Made by a program: the position numbers and the translations under genes. The notes beneath the pieces are model-generated. The model searched no databases. It was not told the origin of the DNA and saw only the letters and a list, made by a program, of their open reading frames with translations. From assembly GCA_000708835.1 (NCBI GenBank), contig DF237428.1, positions 1-64,000 of the forward strand: a stretch of DNA of 64,000 nucleotides. Direction: 5' to 3'. Shown here piece by piece: positions 63,778 to 64,000 of this stretch; position 1 is the stretch's first letter, and each line of letters begins with the position of its first letter. Source of the DNA: Klebsormidium nitens (taxonomy: Eukaryota > Plantae > Klebsormidiophyceae).

Positions 63778-64000
63778 CTGCCAAGGAGAACAAAACGCGG
63801 AGTCAGAAGTCGCTGGGTTAGAAGAGACAAAGTCCAGAACAAAGGCTTGCACAAGGCAGGGTTAGGGGAGACAGGCTTTCACAGGGACCAGGGTCAGAAG
63901 GTGCTAGCTTTCAGAAGAGAAGGAACAAGATATGAGCTGCAAGTAGATGAATTTGGAGCACCAAGCTCAAGACGAACCGAGAGTCCGAAAGCACAGCAAG

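Overview
Intron-rich eukaryotic DNA. The gene content (flagellar CFAP57 together with plant-type GH28, GT47/ARAD-like, NFXL2-like and PFP-beta) suggests a flagellate streptophyte alga of Klebsormidium type; this is inference. I reconstructed nine spliced genes by hand from GT-AG boundaries and reading frame: GH28 (-), a small LYR/FMC1-like protein (+), an NF-X1-type zinc finger (-), CFAP57/WDR65 (+, with a 519-N gap), a divergent SMC4-like ATPase (-), a GT47 exostosin (-), MIC60 (-), an A1 aspartic protease (-) and the 3' end of PFP-beta (-). I saw no rRNA, tRNA, CRISPR array or intact transposon. The main unexplained signal is a set of more than 25 intronic 'exon echoes' in CFAP57, NFXL and MIC60. 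These are partial exon copies that include a splice site: exon heads lie upstream of the real exon and exon tails downstream. They are stacked at about 160-bp intervals, diverge more with distance, and differ from the live exon mainly at synonymous sites (41 synonymous vs 8 nonsynonymous codons in six hand alignments), although they cannot form complete exons.
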